Assembly (NCBI GenBank): GCA_030390025.1
Contig: CM059432.1
Location: 106,394,001-106,458,000 of the forward strand
Direction: 5' to 3'
Length of the DNA stretch: 64,000 bases
Source: Squalus acanthias
Lineage: Eukaryota
Part shown: one piece after another, positions 59,923-64,000 of the stretch
Layout of the letters: every line of letters begins with the position of its first letter
Numbering within the stretch: the first letter of the stretch is position 1
Notes under the pieces: model-generated
The model's input: only the letters and a program-made list of their open reading frames with translations
Databases searched by the model: none
Told to the model about the DNA's origin: nothing
Made by a program: the position numbers and the translations under genes

Positions 59923-60699
59923 TAATAAGAGGAGATTTGATAGAGGTGTTAAAACCCTTCATTATTTTGAATAGAGTAAATGAGGAGAAACTGTTTTCAG
60001 TGGCAGAAGGGTCGGTAACCAGAGGACACAGATTTAAGGTGATAGGCAAAACAGCTAGAGGCGACGTCAGGAAATTACTTTTTACACAGCGAGTTGTTGT
60101 GATGTGGAAAGCACTGCCTGAAAGGGTGGTGGAAGCAGATTCAATAATAACTTTCAAAAGGGAATTGGATAAATACTTGAAGGGAAAATGTTTACAGGGC
60201 TATGGGGAAAGAGCAGGGGAGTGGGACTAATTGGATAGCTCTTTCAAAGAGCTGGCACAGGCACTATGGGCCGAATGGCCTCCTTCTGTGCTGATTGATT
60301 CTATAATCATTGAAGATACTGACTTCGTTTCTTTAGGGATTTTTTTGTGCTGAACTAATGCTTCAAAAAATCCTCTTTAAAACCTGTGCAAATTTGAATT
60401 AGACATATGTGATCATTAGTTAAAATAACATTCTGTCCCCAGCTTTCCTGGATTCAAGTCTTTGTTTTCATCAGACAGAATATCTTCAACACATCTACAT
60501 TTAAAAAAAAATGCTGCATATATCTGGAGGGAGCAAGAATGGCTGACTGTTGTAGATTTGAATCCCAACAGTCTTGAAGGACCTATAAACTTGCCTGCCT
60601 TTGTTAAAAGACTTTTCCTCCCTGGTGCCCATAATACAATTCTTGTTGGACCATTTTCTTTCAGAGATGGAGTAGTGTTCTAAGTCAGCTCACCTGCAG

Positions 60700-61550
60700 A
60701 ACAAAGAATTTGCATTTATATAATGCCTTTCATGATCTTAAGACATTGTAAAGTGCTTCACATTCAATGAAGTACTTTTTTGCTGTGCAGTCACTGTTTT
60801 AATGCAGGGAAACACGGCAGTCACTTTACACACAGCAAGGTCCCAAACCAGCAATGAGGTAATTAACCAGTTAATCTGTAATGGTGATGTTGGTTGAGAA
60901 TAAATGTTGGTAACAACACTGCCAAAACTCCCCAGCTCCTCTTCAAATAGTGCCATAGGAAATTTTACATACATCTGAGAGAAAAAAAGAAAGACTTGCA
61001 TTTATATAGCGCCTTTCACGACCACCGGATGTCTCAAAGCGCTTTACAGTCAATGAAGTACTTCTGAAATGGAGTCACTGTTGTAATGTGGGAAACGCGG
61101 CAGCAAATTTGCACACAGCAAGCTCCCACAAACAGCAATGTGATAATGACCAGATAATCTGTGTTTTTTATGTTAGTTGAGGGATAAATATTGGCAAGGA
61201 CACCGGGGATAACTCCCCTACTCTTCGAAATAGTGCCATGGGATCTTTTACGTCCACCTGAGAGAGCAGACGGGGCCTCGGTTTAGCGTCTCATCTGAAA
61301 GACGGCACCTCTGACAGTGCAGCACTCCCTCAGCACTGCACTGGAGTGTCAGCCTAGCTTTATGTTCTCAAGTCCCTGGAGTGGGACTTGAACCCACAAC
61401 CTTCTGACTCAGAGTCGAGTGTGCTACCAACTGAGCCACAGCTGACACGTCAGACTGGGCCTTGGTTTAATGTCTCATTCGAAAGACGACCCCTGCAACA
61501 GTGCAGAACTCTCCCTCAGTACTGTATTGAAATGCCAGCCTAGATTATGT
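60700..61550 (-). mobile_element. Old Deu-core SINE containing a young full-length copy (~60985-61448)
   Basis: Young copy has A box TGGCTCAGTTGG, B box GGTTCAAGTCC, Deu core and tail. The flanks are the two halves of a diverged relative. Confidence 0.85.
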
Positions 61551-62229
61551 TTACAGTGAAAGAAGAAGCCTGATGGATGGAGGGGGGTGGGGAAGTGAAG
61601 AGGAAACAGTATATTGTTTTGATGTGAATAGATGCTGTACTATACAGGCCATCCCTGTGCTCGTGACCTTTGTGGGGTTAGTTGGTACATGACGCACAGT
61701 TCTACTGAGTCAGCTGTAAAGCATAAAACATGAATATGCATTGAAACACTGCTCACCACTGGGGAGAGCCAGTACATGATTGATGACATGAGGCATCTGT
61801 GTACAGGGAGAGAATGCATAGTCTTGTTGCATTAGCAGAGTTTACAGTGAGTGAATCTTTTTGATCTATAAGCACTTTTTAAAGTAACTTGGGGACGAGC
61901 GGGAGGGGGGAAGAAAAAATAGAGACATAAATGGGTTACACATTATCGAGCAGTAAGTGCTGAAAGACTGTAGCTCTCAAATCTTGTTCTAAAGTGGTGT
62001 TTGAATTGATTTAATTTTTGGTTACACTTATGTTGTATTTGAATTGTAGACTTTATATTGCTATCAAATCCATAACATTGAAATAATAAATGTGTGAACT
62101 CAGGCAATGATTGTCAGCAGGCTGTTTAACTGGGGACCATCAGCGTTGACCTTGATAAATTTTCACCTTTACAACCTTCTGGACTCAACATTGAGTTCAA
62201 CAATTACAGATCATAATCACAGCACCCAT

Positions 62230-62595
62230 TTTTTTCAGACAGCAGGTGCTGGTAATGGTTCTGCTGTTGCCTTGTACAGCTTCTCTAGACCCATCTTTTG
62301 TTTCTTTACTTATCCCATTACCACCGCCTTTTGCCTTGCACCATCATACCTTTTGTCATTTAATCACTCCTGCCTTCCACCCTATCACAGACCTTCCCTC
62401 TGTACTTTCCTCCCCTCCCCCCTCTCCCTGCCTCTTGCTTAAAAACTGTTACATCTCTAAATTCCGACAAAAAGTCATCGACCTGAAACGTTAACTCTGT
62501 TTCTCTCTCCACAGATGCTGTTTGACCTGCTGAGTATTTCCAGCATTTTCTGTTTTTATTTCAGATTTCCAGCATCCGCAGTATTTTGCTTTTGA
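62230..62595 (+). mobile_element. Penelope pLTR fragment (family B) with decayed hammerhead
   Basis: Reverse complement of 289-620. GTCATCGACCTGAAACGTTAAC is retained, but the CUGANGA core is mutated. Confidence 0.8.
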
Positions 62596-64000
62596 TTTAT
62601 CCGACTTGTGCACTTTCCAGCAGGAGTTGCTGGATTGCAGCGAGAAGTATGATTGACTTTGCCCTCCATAATCTGGGGGCAGTATTACTAATCGTAGCAT
62701 TGAGGTCAGCCAACTTGTCACAAAGCAGTAGTTAAAGCTGAGGATAGTTTGGAATATATCTTTACTTTTAACATCTACTCGTTGACCTCCTGTGGTGTAT
62801 TTGATAAGTTGAAGAATAAGGTGTCTCTCTCATGTGCCTCAGCTGTCTGTGTGCTGTTTATCTGTCTCTCCTCTGGTTCTCATTATCTTCTGCTTCTCTT
62901 CCCCTCAACACTTTTTGCTTTCCTCTGTCTTTTGTATTTCTTCTTTCCTTTCAGGTAGTGGATGGTATGGAATAATGTGGTGGGAAAAGGAGCCACCAGT
63001 AGCTGCAGGCTGCATATGGGACGGGGACTGTGGGGAAAATGTGTGGTCCTCAGCAGCGCTCTTCTCCTTTACTAGTGCGTGGCCCCCACCCCTTCACCTT
63101 CCCACACCCTCACTCCCGTCTCGACGCCACTCTCTTGCCTTTTCAACTATCCATTTAACTGCCTTATCCTTTGCTCCCCTTGCTCCATTGTCACTCGCCA
63201 CATCCTTAACTCTCCATCCACTTCCCCCACTCTCTGCCTCCAGGACAGATGGCAAGAGACCAGAGGCCCCTTCACCGCGAACCAGTTTTCCTCCCTCTCT
63301 TACCCTATCTGTTTTCCTCAGCAGCTTTGTTTGCTTACAAAATTCAACTTTAAAAAAAAATCAAATCTGAATGAGAAAAGAGACTGCCTGTCTTTATCAT
63401 TCTCTCTCTCTCTCTCTCCTGGGTGTTAGAATCTCTGTTTCACAGGTGTAAGCCATTAGCATTAACCTTTTCTAATCATCACCAGGACAAGGGGAGGTAA
63501 TTAACTGACTTAAAAATTCAACGAATTAAAAAAAAAATATATTTATTACCTGCGTACAGAAACACTGAATTTTACCTCAGTAAAAACTTTAAACCTTTTT
63601 CCTATTCCTCGGTATAGCTGATTGGTGCTGATGCATTGTGGAAAATTAAATGCACTGCACGTGCTCAGACTGCACAGTGACATTCAGCTCACCGCTCCAG
63701 GCAAAACATCAACTCAAAGCCTAGGCTTTTGGGAGAGGCTGAGCACTAATTAGAAGACACAAGACAATTACACATACATTTAATCATGTTATTGTGAAAT
63801 ATGTAATTTTACATTTTCGTTTTGGTTAAACCCTTATTTTGGATACTAGACATTTTAGTTACTGAGTGGAAAAAATGGTAGAGATATAAAAAAAATTCAC
63901 ACAGCATTTTCAGAGAATCGTGGGATCCCAGCTGCCAGATTGTGTAATCCGTGACTAATTTTCTATTATAAATATGGATGTAGGGATTTATAATGGAAAA

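Larger units (their letters stand above)
54990..60305 (+). mobile_element. Degenerate CR1 ORF2 with nested Harbinger derivative and antisense CR1
   Basis: Pieces 54990-56524, 58261-58550 and ~59928-60305 are collinear (HLGISDH, DFQKAFDK, LFTQRVV..WKALP). Confidence 0.87.

Noticed and set aside
62461..62495. Active hammerhead in this pLTR copy
   Set aside because: The catalytic CUGANGA is mutated to CCGACAA.
62900..63370. Strong acceptor at 62954 and 178-aa ORF as DEPTOR exon 2
   Set aside because: No DEP-domain similarity. Splicing to exon 1 would give AGG TAG, an immediate stop. The sequence is low-complexity and pyrimidine-rich.

Overview
Eukaryotic vertebrate genomic DNA. The repeat content (dense CR1, Deu-core SINEs, Penelope pLTRs) points to a cartilaginous fish, which is an inference. 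Two host genes lie head-to-head: DSCC1 (minus strand, coding exons 1-2 at 9981-9812 and 3860-3692) and DEPTOR (plus strand, coding exon 1 at 40181-40266, absent from the ORF track). Most of the rest is nested transposable elements: CR1 LINEs (one with a near-intact 891-aa ORF2), a complete PIF/Harbinger element (DDE transposase plus a 3-exon Myb/SANT gene) with several derivatives, a Penelope element with an intact RT/GIY-YIG ORF, short and palindromic Penelope pLTR insertions carrying minimal hammerhead ribozymes, a solo LTR, Tigger/pogo elements, Tx1 3' ends and SINEs. The strongest candidate for an unusual system is a single-ORF LINE with a tRNA-Thr-derived A/B-box head and no TTTT on its sense strand in three copies, which suggests an autonomous retrotransposon transcribed by RNA polymerase III. 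All calls were made by eye with no database searches, and boundaries of degenerate repeats are approximate.
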